Assembly (NCBI RefSeq): GCF_044360685.1 | Contig: NZ_CP043491.1 | Coordinates: forward strand, 3,916,026 to 3,948,025 | Direction: 5' to 3' | DNA length: 32,000 nucleotides | Source: Cystobacter fuscus | GTDB taxonomy: Bacteria; Myxococcota; Myxococcia; Myxococcales; Myxococcaceae | In this document: piece after piece, positions 11,263 through 19,395 of the stretch | Layout: the number at the start of each line of letters is the position of its first letter | How positions within the stretch are numbered: position 1 is the stretch's first letter | The notes under the pieces: generated by a model | The model's input: only the letters and a program-made list of their open reading frames with translations | Databases searched by the model: none | Told to the model about the DNA's origin: nothing | Program-made: the position numbers and the translations under genes

Positions 11263-11299
11263 TTTAAGTCAATCGACTGATGAAGTCAACCGACTTAAA
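11263..11299. promoter_or_regulatory. candidate TetR operator: 37-bp inverted repeat made of two 12-bp palindromic units
   Basis: TTTAAGTCAATCGACT gatga AGTCAACCGACTTAAA. The arms match 13/16 as an inverted repeat. Each arm contains AGTC-N4-GACT (11267-11278 and 11284-11295, 11/12 identical). The element lies 10 nt upstream of the tetR ATG, in the divergent intergenic region. Confidence 0.5.
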
Positions 11300-11400
11300 T
11301 CACTGCCCGTCGACGAGGAGGGGAGCCGCGCCTCCTGGCCTGGGTTCGGGTGGGGGAGGGCGGACGTCAGGTTCCTCGGAAACCAGGCGTCCCGGCGCCC

Positions 11401-12402
11401 ATGAGAACCGAACGCATCTTCATCCCCACCCGCTCCGCCCCCGACTCTCTCTGCTGGTGTGGCGACACGCTCGTCGACTGGGTCGCCGGGGGCCGCTCCT
11501 ACGCGCTGGACGGACGCATCACCGAGTCCTCCGTGCTTTACAGCTACCGCTTCGACAGCGCGGTGATGTCCCAGGATGGCCAGTACGCCGTCCTCTACGA
11601 GAAGCTCGGGACGAAGGGGCTCCTGCTCCACCGGGGCCGGGTGCTCCGCGAGCTGAACCGCAGCTTCTACCACGCCGACACCTATGAGTACCCCGTCGCC
11701 CTGGTGACCCTGCCGAGCGGCCGCACGCTCCTGGCCCACTGCCCCGAGGAGTATTGCGAGCTGGAGCTCGAGGACGCCGAGACCGGGGAGCGGCTCACCC
11801 GGCGGGACAGCGAATCGCCTGACTTCTTCCACTCCCGGCTCCAGTTCAGCCGCGATGGGCGCTATCTGCTCAGCGCGGGGTGGATCTGGCATCCCGTGGA
11901 CGCGGCGCAGGTCTTCGACGTGGCCCGTGCGCTCGAGCAGCCCCGGTCGTTGGACGAGCCCAAGGAGATGGAGCTGGGTGATTCGTTCGTGGAGATCCAC
12001 TCGGCGGCCTTCGGTGAGCGGGACACGCTGGTCTTCGAGTGCTCGGGCCTGGAGGGTGAAGAGATTGCCCACCCGGATGGGCAGCCGAAGGGCTCGGTGG
12101 GACTCGCGGTGTACTCGCTCACCGAGCGTCGCGTCCTGTCCGTAGCCCCCTTGGAGAAGCCCGCGGGGACCCTGATGGTGGTGGGCGGGTACGCGGTCGG
12201 CTTCTACGAGCATCCCAAGCTTTTCGAGCTGACGACCGGACGCATCCTGGAGCAATGGCCTGAATTCCATACAGGCTGCCAGGGCAGCAGCATCATCCAC
12301 CACCTGCCGCCCTCGCCGCCGTTCGCGCTGGACCCTGCCGGCCACCGCTTCGCCGTGGCGACGGACAAGGGGATCGAGGTGGTCCGCATCCTGACGGAGT
12401 GA
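11401..12402 (+). CDS. hypothetical cytoplasmic protein, beta-propeller-like repeats
   Basis: Track ORF 11350-12402; ATG 11401 is preferred (MRTERIFIP). Recurrent strand-turn motifs are typical of PD40/WD-like blades (SQDGQYAVLYE, SRDGRYLLSAGWIWHP, DPAGHRFAVATDKGIEVVRI). There is no signal peptide and I recognise no family. Confidence 0.55.
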   Translation: MRTERIFIPTRSAPDSLCWCGDTLVDWVAGGRSYALDGRITESSVLYSYRFDSAVMSQDGQYAVLYEKLGTKGLLLHRGRVLRELNRSFYHADTYEYPVALVTLPSGRTLLAHCPEEYCELELEDAETGERLTRRDSESPDFFHSRLQFSRDGRYLLSAGWIWHPVDAAQVFDVARALEQPRSLDEPKEMELGDSFVEIHSAAFGERDTLVFECSGLEGEEIAHPDGQPKGSVGLAVYSLTERRVLSVAPLEKPAGTLMVVGGYAVGFYEHPKLFELTTGRILEQWPEFHTGCQGSSIIHHLPPSPPFALDPAGHRFAVATDKGIEVVRILTE

Positions 12403-12869
12403 CGTTTCTCCCGGACCCGGGTGGCGTGCGGTTGGTGCAACAGCCACGCCACGGTGCTCCCCGCGACACCGCGCTGAAGTGGGCCTTCGCGGCGTCCTTC
12501 ACCTCGGCGCGCAATAGCTGACAGCGCCTCCCTCCCAGACTGTTGTTTGAAGACATTCCGGTGGACAGCGGGCCCTTCAACGACGCTCCGAGCCGTCGTG
12601 AGGCGCGGACTCCTGCCGCCCGATGTCCTGAGCATCACAGTGGACCAGCAACCGGAGGTACGGCCTCCAGGCCAATTGCGCCTGTGACATGCCGTCCATA
12701 TTTCCTGCTGCGTTGGCTCATGTGTCCAAAAAGCTCCTGTTTTTACAGAATTACAAACCATACCTTCTAGAAACACCTCATCCCTGGCCCGGCCGAGCCT
12801 GCCTGCCTGCTCTGCCCCTATGGGAGTGCCGCGTCATCCTCAGGCAATCCTGACTACCTGGATTGAGCC

Positions 12870-12881
12870 GTCTTTAAAGAC
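12870..12881. promoter_or_regulatory. 12-bp perfect palindrome GTCTTTAAAGAC in the AT-richer leader of the DUF1800 gene
   Basis: Read directly from the sequence. It lies about 100 nt upstream of ATG 12985, inside the least GC-rich part of the 12403-12984 gap. Confidence 0.3.
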
Positions 12882-12984
12882 AAACAAGGATATGTCTGTA
12901 TTTCTTTGCTCTGTCCCGTGAATGCCTGAGCCGGGAATTCTCATTCCACGGTTTCAGGGCCTCAGCGTACCAGGAGAACATCGT

Positions 12985-14655
12985 ATGATACGTCACACTG
13001 CCCTGGCCCTCACCCTGTGTGTGGTTGGTCATGCACAGGCACAGGGGCTCTCCAGCGAGAATGCCGCTCAGGCCCAGCAGGTGGGGCATGCCGTCCATTC
13101 TCTCGCGGCCACGACCGCGACCGAGCCCGACGCCATCCGCTTCCTCGAGCAGGCCACCTTCGGCCCGCGGCGCGCCAATGGAGCAAGCCCGCCGCCCAGC
13201 GATAGCGTGGAGCAGGTGATGAGTGTGGGCGTCTCCCAGGCCATCACCGAGCAGCTCGCCGCTCCCCGCTCCGTGTTCGACGGGACGACCGCGACCGTGG
13301 ATCTCGGCTCTCAATTCTTTTACAACGCCGTCATGGGCAAGGATCAGCTCCGGCAGCGCGTGACCTTCGCGCTCAGCCAGATCCTCGTCGTCTCGGAGAG
13401 TGTCATCCGCGACAACACGACCACTCCCGAACTGGAGCCCAAGCTGGCGCTGGCGGATTACCTCAACCTGCTCTCCGCGAACGCCTTTGGTAACTACCGC
13501 ACCTTGCTCGATGCGGTTACCCGCAACCCCGCCATGGGCACCTATCTCAACATGGCGAACAACCTGGCGTTCGATTGGGCTGGCCGGCCCGTCCCGCTGA
13601 ACGAGAACTTCGCCCGGGAGCTGCTCCAACTCTTCACGCTCGGGCTGGACAAGTTGAACGAGGACGGCACTCCCGTGCTCGACGCCAATGGCGTGCCCAT
13701 CCCCGCGTACACCGAGGCACAGGTCCAGGCGTTCGCGCGAACCTTCTCCGGGTGGACCTACGCCAGCGCCGCGGGCTGCCCGACCAAGGGCCACAACAAC
13801 ACCATCAGCTATGCCCAGCCGCTGATGGCCTGCGATGTGAATCACGACTCTTCCGCGCAGACCCTCCTTCGGGGCGCGGTGACGACCGCGGGAGCCAGCG
13901 CCACGGTGCACCTCCAGCAGGCGCTCGACAACATCTTCGCCGACCCGAACCTGCCTCCGTTCGTCAGCAAGCAGCTCATCCAGCACCTCGTCACCAGCAA
14001 TCCCAGCCCCGCGTACGTCCAGCGGGTGGTGGCTGTTTTCAAGAACAATGGCAGCGGCGTGCGCGGCGACCTGGGCGCGGTGGTCCGCGCCATCCTCGAG
14101 GACCCCGAGGCCCGCGGTGACAAGGCTCCGGCGCAGCTCAACGCCACCTACGGCCGGCTCCGTCCACCCGTGCTGTTCATCACCTCACTCGTCCGGGGGT
14201 TGAATGGCACGCTCGATGCCACGGGGTCCAAGAACCCGGGAGGCAGGCTCAATACCTATAGCCGCACGCTCGGGCAGGACGTGCCCAGGCCGCCCTCGGT
14301 CTTCAGCTACTACTCGCCCCAGACGCCGCTGCCTGGCGGCAACGGGCTCGTCGGCCCCGAGTTCGGTGTCCTGGATACCGCGACGGCCGCCGCTCGCGCC
14401 AACTTCGTGTACGACCTCGTCTACAACAACTTGTCGAGCGCGGGGATCGTGATTGATTTCACCACGCTGCCCGTGAATCCCAACGACCTGGTGGCCTGGC
14501 TCGGCCGATATTGGATTCATGGCGAGATGTCCTCGGAGCTGAGCACCGCGCTCCTGCAGGCCATGAACGATTCCCGCGCTGGCAGCAACACCCGCAAGCA
14601 GCAATTGGCCATCTATCTCACGTCGCTCTCTCCCGAGTTCCAGATCCAGAGGTAA
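12985..14655 (+). CDS. DUF1800-family secreted protein
   Basis: Track ORF 12922-14655, trimmed to ATG 12985 (AGGAGA 7 nt upstream; signal peptide MIRHTALALTLCVVGHAQAQ). Family-typical blocks: FLEQATFGP, MGTYLNMANN, NENFARELLQLFTLG. Confidence 0.85.
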   Translation: MIRHTALALTLCVVGHAQAQGLSSENAAQAQQVGHAVHSLAATTATEPDAIRFLEQATFGPRRANGASPPPSDSVEQVMSVGVSQAITEQLAAPRSVFDGTTATVDLGSQFFYNAVMGKDQLRQRVTFALSQILVVSESVIRDNTTTPELEPKLALADYLNLLSANAFGNYRTLLDAVTRNPAMGTYLNMANNLAFDWAGRPVPLNENFARELLQLFTLGLDKLNEDGTPVLDANGVPIPAYTEAQVQAFARTFSGWTYASAAGCPTKGHNNTISYAQPLMACDVNHDSSAQTLLRGAVTTAGASATVHLQQALDNIFADPNLPPFVSKQLIQHLVTSNPSPAYVQRVVAVFKNNGSGVRGDLGAVVRAILEDPEARGDKAPAQLNATYGRLRPPVLFITSLVRGLNGTLDATGSKNPGGRLNTYSRTLGQDVPRPPSVFSYYSPQTPLPGGNGLVGPEFGVLDTATAAARANFVYDLVYNNLSSAGIVIDFTTLPVNPNDLVAWLGRYWIHGEMSSELSTALLQAMNDSRAGSNTRKQQLAIYLTSLSPEFQIQR

Positions 14656-14659
14656 TTCC

Positions 14660-16186
14660 ATGAAAACCTCGCGCCGCCAGTTCCTCCGCGCCACGGGCCT
14701 GCTCACGGCCGCCGCCACTCTTCCCCGCTGGTTGGGTGAAGCGAATGCCGCCTCGGCCACCGGCTACTCCGGCTACCGCGCCGCCATCTGTGTCAGCCTT
14801 CTGGGTGGCAATGACTCCAACAACCTGCTCGTGCCCAAGGCGGAGACGCCCTATGCCCAGTACCAGGCGGCCCGGCCGAACATTGGCATCAAGCAGGCGG
14901 ATTTGTTGACCATCAACCCGCTGGGCTTCGCCGCTGGCGCCTATGGGCTGCATCCCTCGCTCCCGAAGATCCAGGCGCTCTTCGAGCAGGGGCAGGCCGC
15001 CCTGGTGTGCAACGTGGGGCCGCTCGTGCTGCCGATGCGCAAGTCGGACTACGCCGCGGGCACGGTGGTGCGGCCGGACAACCTGTTCTCCCACGAGGAC
15101 CAGCAGGCGGCCTGGGCGAGCGGTATCGCCAACCCCTCCAACGTCATCCTTCCCCTGTCGCTCATCGGCAAGTCGACCGGATGGGGCGGCCGGACCGCGG
15201 ACAAGCTCCACGGTCTGAATGCCGGGGAGTATCCGGAGGTGACCTCGTTCATCAGTGGCCGGGTGCTCTTCGCCGAGGGCGCCACCCGGCGTCCGCTGAT
15301 GGTGCCCGCCAACGGCGTCTTCAGTGTCAAGGAGACGACCGATGCCACCTTCAACGCCCTCCAGCAGGAGTCGCTCGCCCGGGTGCTGGCCATCAACAAC
15401 GGCATCACCATGCAAGCGTCTTACGGTGGAGCGTTCACCCTGGCGCAGTCCTTCGCCAGCTCGCGCGCCGCCGCGCGGGAGGCTGCCTGGAACCGGCTCC
15501 CCCAAGCGACGCGCCAGGCGATCGACGCCTTGTTCGTCGCCCCCGGCGACAGCGGGGGTTGGTCGTTGCACACCCAGCTCTACCAGGTCCTCCGGGATCT
15601 CGTGGCGGGGTCGACCCCGGTGGCCAATGGCGGTCTGGGCCTCAAGCGCCAGCTCTTCACGGTGGCGATCGGCGGCTTCGACACCCACATCGGGCAGGAC
15701 ACGGCCCAGGCCTCGCTGTTCCGGCAGCTCGACTTCGCACTCGATGCCTTCTACCGGGCGCTCCTGCTGGTCCAGGGGGCGTTCGGCACCAACCCGCCGC
15801 AGGCCACGCTCTTCACGATGAGCGACTTCAGCCGCACCCTCGTGGAGAACTCCAACCGGGGAACGGACCATGGCTGGGGCAGCCACGCCATCGTCCTCGG
15901 GGATCGCGTCGCCGGACGCCGGCTCTACGGCACCTTCCCCAACCTGGACCTGTCGAACAACGCGGCGAACAACCTCGACACCGTCGACGAGAAGGGCCGC
16001 TGGATTCCCACGTTGTCCGTGGACCAGTACGCCCACTCCATCGCTCAGTGGATGGGCCTGTCGACCACCGAGGAGCGCGACTACGTGTTCCCCAACATCA
16101 AGGACTACCTCGCCTCGGCGGCCGAGAGGGGGTTCCCCGCCGCCGCGCAGAGCGCCACGATCGGGTTCATGATGGCGGACGGATAG
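14660..16186 (+). CDS. DUF1501-family (sulfatase-like fold) protein with twin-arginine signal
   Basis: Tat motif SRRQFLRATG followed by AAATLPRWLGEANA. Blocks GGFDTH and GTDHGWG are typical of DUF1501. It starts 4 nt after the DUF1800 stop, forming the well-known conserved pair. Confidence 0.9.
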   Translation: MKTSRRQFLRATGLLTAAATLPRWLGEANAASATGYSGYRAAICVSLLGGNDSNNLLVPKAETPYAQYQAARPNIGIKQADLLTINPLGFAAGAYGLHPSLPKIQALFEQGQAALVCNVGPLVLPMRKSDYAAGTVVRPDNLFSHEDQQAAWASGIANPSNVILPLSLIGKSTGWGGRTADKLHGLNAGEYPEVTSFISGRVLFAEGATRRPLMVPANGVFSVKETTDATFNALQQESLARVLAINNGITMQASYGGAFTLAQSFASSRAAAREAAWNRLPQATRQAIDALFVAPGDSGGWSLHTQLYQVLRDLVAGSTPVANGGLGLKRQLFTVAIGGFDTHIGQDTAQASLFRQLDFALDAFYRALLLVQGAFGTNPPQATLFTMSDFSRTLVENSNRGTDHGWGSHAIVLGDRVAGRRLYGTFPNLDLSNNAANNLDTVDEKGRWIPTLSVDQYAHSIAQWMGLSTTEERDYVFPNIKDYLASAAERGFPAAAQSATIGFMMADG

Positions 16187-16233
16187 AAAAATCGCTGCCC
16201 GAGTGGAGAAGCCGCTGTTTGGCGGGCCCATCC

Positions 16234-16290
16234 GGGCCCAGGGTGGAGTCGAACCACTCGCCTTTCGGCGATACCAGAGCGTGTGGGGCC
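16234..16290 (-). other. tRNA-like fragment (T-arm plus 3-prime acceptor strand plus GNRA hairpin); not a foldable full tRNA
   Basis: The minus strand reads GGCCCCACACGCTCTGGTAT-CGCCGAAAGGCG-AGTGG-TTCGACT-CCACC-CTGGGCC-C. It has a canonical GG-TTCGACT-CC T-loop and a 4-5 bp T-stem, preceded by a CGCC-GAAA-GGCG hairpin (variable-arm-like). I could not find a D-arm or a 7-nt anticodon loop. Confidence 0.4.
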
Positions 16291-16364
16291 TCTCCGGCCG
16301 GGCAGCTTCCCCAAGGACGCGGGGGCACGAAGCTTCCTGACCGCCGATTTTCGTTCCCCCTGCG

Positions 16365-17171
16365 TCAGCGCTCCAGAGGGCTGGAGACCAGGGCGGTGAC
16401 GTCGCGGAAGGCCCCCTGGCACGGGGCCACGTCGGACGCGAGGTAGTGGGCCACCTGGCCGGGCGCCAGCGCGAGAATGGCCGAGGAGCGGGTGCCATAG
16501 CCCGGCGTGTGGATGCACAGCGCCTGGCATTGGCGGAAGAACTCCTTCAGCTCCGGATGGCCGTCTTCCTCCGGCAGCGGGTCCGGCCCATGCTCTGGGA
16601 GCACGTGGTCCGCCAGCAGCGCCTGGAGGGACTTCGCCAGCTCCGGCCAGGGCTGGTGGGCGAGGCGCTCGGCCAGGGCCCGGGCGTGTGGCACCTTGGG
16701 GAGCGACGGGGAGTCGAGCACGTCGTTGGACAGCACGTGGATGCCCGGGGGCACGTCTTCCAGGCGGACCCGCTCCGCGTCTGGACGGGCATAGGCCACC
16801 CGGAGCCGCCGCGCGTCCCCATAGAGGAGGTTGAAGGGGCGGAACCGCCGGGCATCCAGGCCCGCCAGGTAGTCCTCGACGCCCTCCTGGCTCCCGGCCC
16901 GCAGGGCGTTCAGGACGACCTCCCCCCTTGTGTAGGGCGAGGGCATGAGGTTGGCCGAGCCCCGCTGGTTCGTCAGACCCACGAAAAAGCCGTGCTCCGT
17001 CACCCCCATCCACGTCCCCAGCCGCTCCAGGTCCCGGCCACCGATGACCCGGGGGGAGGGGAGGAGCACCTGGGGCCCCTCGGCGGGGCGGTCGTAGCGC
17101 TCGTCCCGGTTGGCGGCCAGCAGGAGCGGCCACTCGGGGTGGACGTGGCGGAAGGCGAGGAGGGTACACAT
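16365..17171 (-). CDS. NRDE-family (TANGO2-like) protein
   Basis: Track ORF 16365-17207, trimmed to ATG 17171, giving an MCT... N-terminus (Cys2, Ntn-hydrolase-like). The signature LLLAANRDERYDRP is present. Confidence 0.85.
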   Translation of the reverse strand: MCTLLAFRHVHPEWPLLLAANRDERYDRPAEGPQVLLPSPRVIGGRDLERLGTWMGVTEHGFFVGLTNQRGSANLMPSPYTRGEVVLNALRAGSQEGVEDYLAGLDARRFRPFNLLYGDARRLRVAYARPDAERVRLEDVPPGIHVLSNDVLDSPSLPKVPHARALAERLAHQPWPELAKSLQALLADHVLPEHGPDPLPEEDGHPELKEFFRQCQALCIHTPGYGTRSSAILALAPGQVAHYLASDVAPCQGAFRDVTALVSSPLER

Positions 17172-17284
17172 CGTGGAACCGATAACAGCTCGCGGGCGCC
17201 CGCGCACTCCGGGCCGCCTCCTGCTTCTTCCCGATGACCCGGACCCTGCGAGCGGCTAATGTCCGCCGCCCTTCAGGAGAACCC

Positions 17285-19390
17285 ATGGCGCAGAGAATCC
17301 TCGTCACCAGCGCGCTGCCGTACGCCAATGGCCCCATCCACATCGGCCACCTCGTCGAGTACGTCCAGACCGACATCTATGTCCGCTTCCTGCGCTCCAG
17401 CGGCAAGGACGTCGTCTACTTCTGCGCGGACGACACCCACGGCACCCCCATCGAGATCAACGCCGCCAAGCAGGGGCTCAAGCCCGAGGAGTTCATCGGC
17501 CGGTGGTATGACGCGCACCAGGCGGACTTCCGCGACTTCGGCGTGAGCGTCGACTACTTCCACTCGACGAACTCGCCCGAGAACAAGCACTACGCCGAGC
17601 TCATCTACGGCAAGCTCAAGGAGCACGGCGACATCGAGAAGCGCGACATCGAGCAGGCCTACTGCGAGACCGACAAGCGCTTCCTGCCCGACCGCTTCAT
17701 CAAGGGCACCTGCCCCAACTGCAAGGCCACCGAGCAGTACGGCGACGCCTGCGAGAAGTGCGGCAAGGCCTACGCGCCCACGGATCTCATCGAGCCCAAG
17801 TGCGCGCTGTGCGGCACGCCGCCCGTGCGCCGCAACTCCTCGCACCTGTTCTTCAAGCTGTCGCGTCACGCGGACTTCCTCCAGCAGACGCTGCGCAGCG
17901 AGGGCTTCATCAACCCCGGCCTCGCCACCCAGCTCCAGGGCTTCTTCGAGAAGGGCCTGGCCGACTGGGACATCAGCCGCGACGGGCCCTACTTCGGCTT
18001 CAACATCCCGGGCGAGACGGACAAGTACTTCTACGTGTGGCTGGACGCGCCCATCGGGTACATCGCCACCACGGAGAAGTGGGCCAAGAGCACGGGCAAG
18101 GCCCAGAGCGCGCTGGACTTCTGGTCCGAGGGCAGTGACACGCGCATCATCCACTTCATCGGCAAGGACATCGTCTACTTCCACGCGCTCTTCTGGCCCG
18201 CGGTGCTCAAGGTGGCCGGCCTCAAGCGGCCCGATGCCATCAAGGCCCACGGCCACCTCACGGTGAACGGCGAGAAGATGTCCAAGAGCCGCGGCACGCT
18301 CATCCCCGCGCGCTCCTACCTGGAGCACCTGGATCCGAGCTACCTGCGCTACTTCTACGCGGCCAACCTCGGCCCGGGCGTCGAGGACCTGGACCTGAGC
18401 CTCAAGGACTTCCGCCTCCGGGTGAACGGAGAGCTGGTCAACAACATCGGCAACCTCGCCAACCGCAGCCTGTCCATGCTCGCGGGCGCCGCGCTGGACA
18501 AGCGGCTGGCTCCCGCGACGAAGGAGGGCCCCGGCCGCGCCCTGGTCGAGGCCGCGCTCGCCCGCGTCCCCGAGGTGCGCGAGGCCTACGAGAAGCTCGA
18601 GTTCCGCAACGCCATCCGCGTCATCACCGAGATCTCCCAGTCCGCCAACGGCTTCCTCCAGACGGCGGCCCCCTGGGTCAAGGTGAAGACGGACCCCGAG
18701 GCCGCTCGCGCCGACCTGAGCGACGCCGCCGAGGTGGCCTACCTGCTGGGCGCGCTGCTCACGCCGGTGATTCCTCGCGTGACGGAGAAGCTCTTCGCCC
18801 AGCTCAACGCGCCGCCGCTCACCTTCGAGGCGCTCGCCACCGCGCGCTACCCGCTGCTCGACCGCGCCCGCCCCGTGGGCACCCCCGAGCCGCTCATGCC
18901 GCGGCTGGAGGAGGAGCGCGTCAACGCCATCCTCGGCGGCGCGCCCGCCCCCGCCGAGCCCGCCCCGGAGACGAAGAAGGGCGGCAAGGCCGAGAAGAAG
19001 GCCGCCGAGCCCAAGCCGGCCGAGGCCAAGGCGCCCGAGACGAAGCCCGCCGAGGCCGCGCCCGGGGAGATTGAAATCACCGACTTCGCCAAGGTGGTGC
19101 TCAAGGTGGGCCACATCCTGGCCGCCGAGCGCGTGCCCAAGGCGGACAAGCTGCTCAAGCTGACGGTGGACCTCGGGGAAGGGCAGCCGCGCACCATTTG
19201 TTCTGGCATCGCCGAGGCCTTCCAACCCGAGCAGGTCCAGGGCCGCAAGGTGGTGGTGGTGGCCAACCTCAAGCCGCGCATGCTGCGGGGCATCGAGTCG
19301 CGCGGGATGATTCTCACCGCGGGCTCCGGGGGCAAGGACCTGTCGTTGCTGGACCCGGGCGACATGCCGCCGGGCTCCGAGGTGAAGTGA
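17285..19390 (+). CDS. metG: methionine--tRNA ligase with C-terminal tRNA-binding (Trbp111/EMAP-like) domain
   Basis: Track ORF 17234-19390, trimmed to ATG 17285 (AGGAGA upstream). HIGH motif PYANGPIHIGHL, KMSKS motif, and a zinc knuckle CPNCKA...CEKCG. A Pro/Ala/Lys-rich linker leads into ITDFAKVVLKVGHILAAERVPKADKLLKLTVDLGEG. Confidence 0.97.
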   Translation: MAQRILVTSALPYANGPIHIGHLVEYVQTDIYVRFLRSSGKDVVYFCADDTHGTPIEINAAKQGLKPEEFIGRWYDAHQADFRDFGVSVDYFHSTNSPENKHYAELIYGKLKEHGDIEKRDIEQAYCETDKRFLPDRFIKGTCPNCKATEQYGDACEKCGKAYAPTDLIEPKCALCGTPPVRRNSSHLFFKLSRHADFLQQTLRSEGFINPGLATQLQGFFEKGLADWDISRDGPYFGFNIPGETDKYFYVWLDAPIGYIATTEKWAKSTGKAQSALDFWSEGSDTRIIHFIGKDIVYFHALFWPAVLKVAGLKRPDAIKAHGHLTVNGEKMSKSRGTLIPARSYLEHLDPSYLRYFYAANLGPGVEDLDLSLKDFRLRVNGELVNNIGNLANRSLSMLAGAALDKRLAPATKEGPGRALVEAALARVPEVREAYEKLEFRNAIRVITEISQSANGFLQTAAPWVKVKTDPEAARADLSDAAEVAYLLGALLTPVIPRVTEKLFAQLNAPPLTFEALATARYPLLDRARPVGTPEPLMPRLEEERVNAILGGAPAPAEPAPETKKGGKAEKKAAEPKPAEAKAPETKPAEAAPGEIEITDFAKVVLKVGHILAAERVPKADKLLKLTVDLGEGQPRTICSGIAEAFQPEQVQGRKVVVVANLKPRMLRGIESRGMILTAGSGGKDLSLLDPGDMPPGSEVK

Positions 19391-19395
19391 GCGTG

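Noticed and set aside
12204-12776. 190-aa minus-strand ORF and the 75-95-aa ORFs in the 12.2-12.8 kb gap as real genes (possible sigma/HTH or transposase remnant).
   Set aside because: The ORF runs antisense into the 3-prime end of the 11401-12402 gene, has an odd composition, and shows only a vague HTH-like resemblance split across frames. It is kept only as a low-interest note, not as a feature.
16201-16330. Possible complete tRNA, tRNA-Sec or tmRNA gene on the minus strand.
   Set aside because: Only the T-arm, 3-prime acceptor strand and a GAAA-tetraloop hairpin could be folded by hand. There is no D-arm, no 7-nt anticodon loop, no UCA/Sec features, and no matching 5-prime acceptor strand at a tRNA-compatible distance. 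It is reported only as a tRNA-like fragment.
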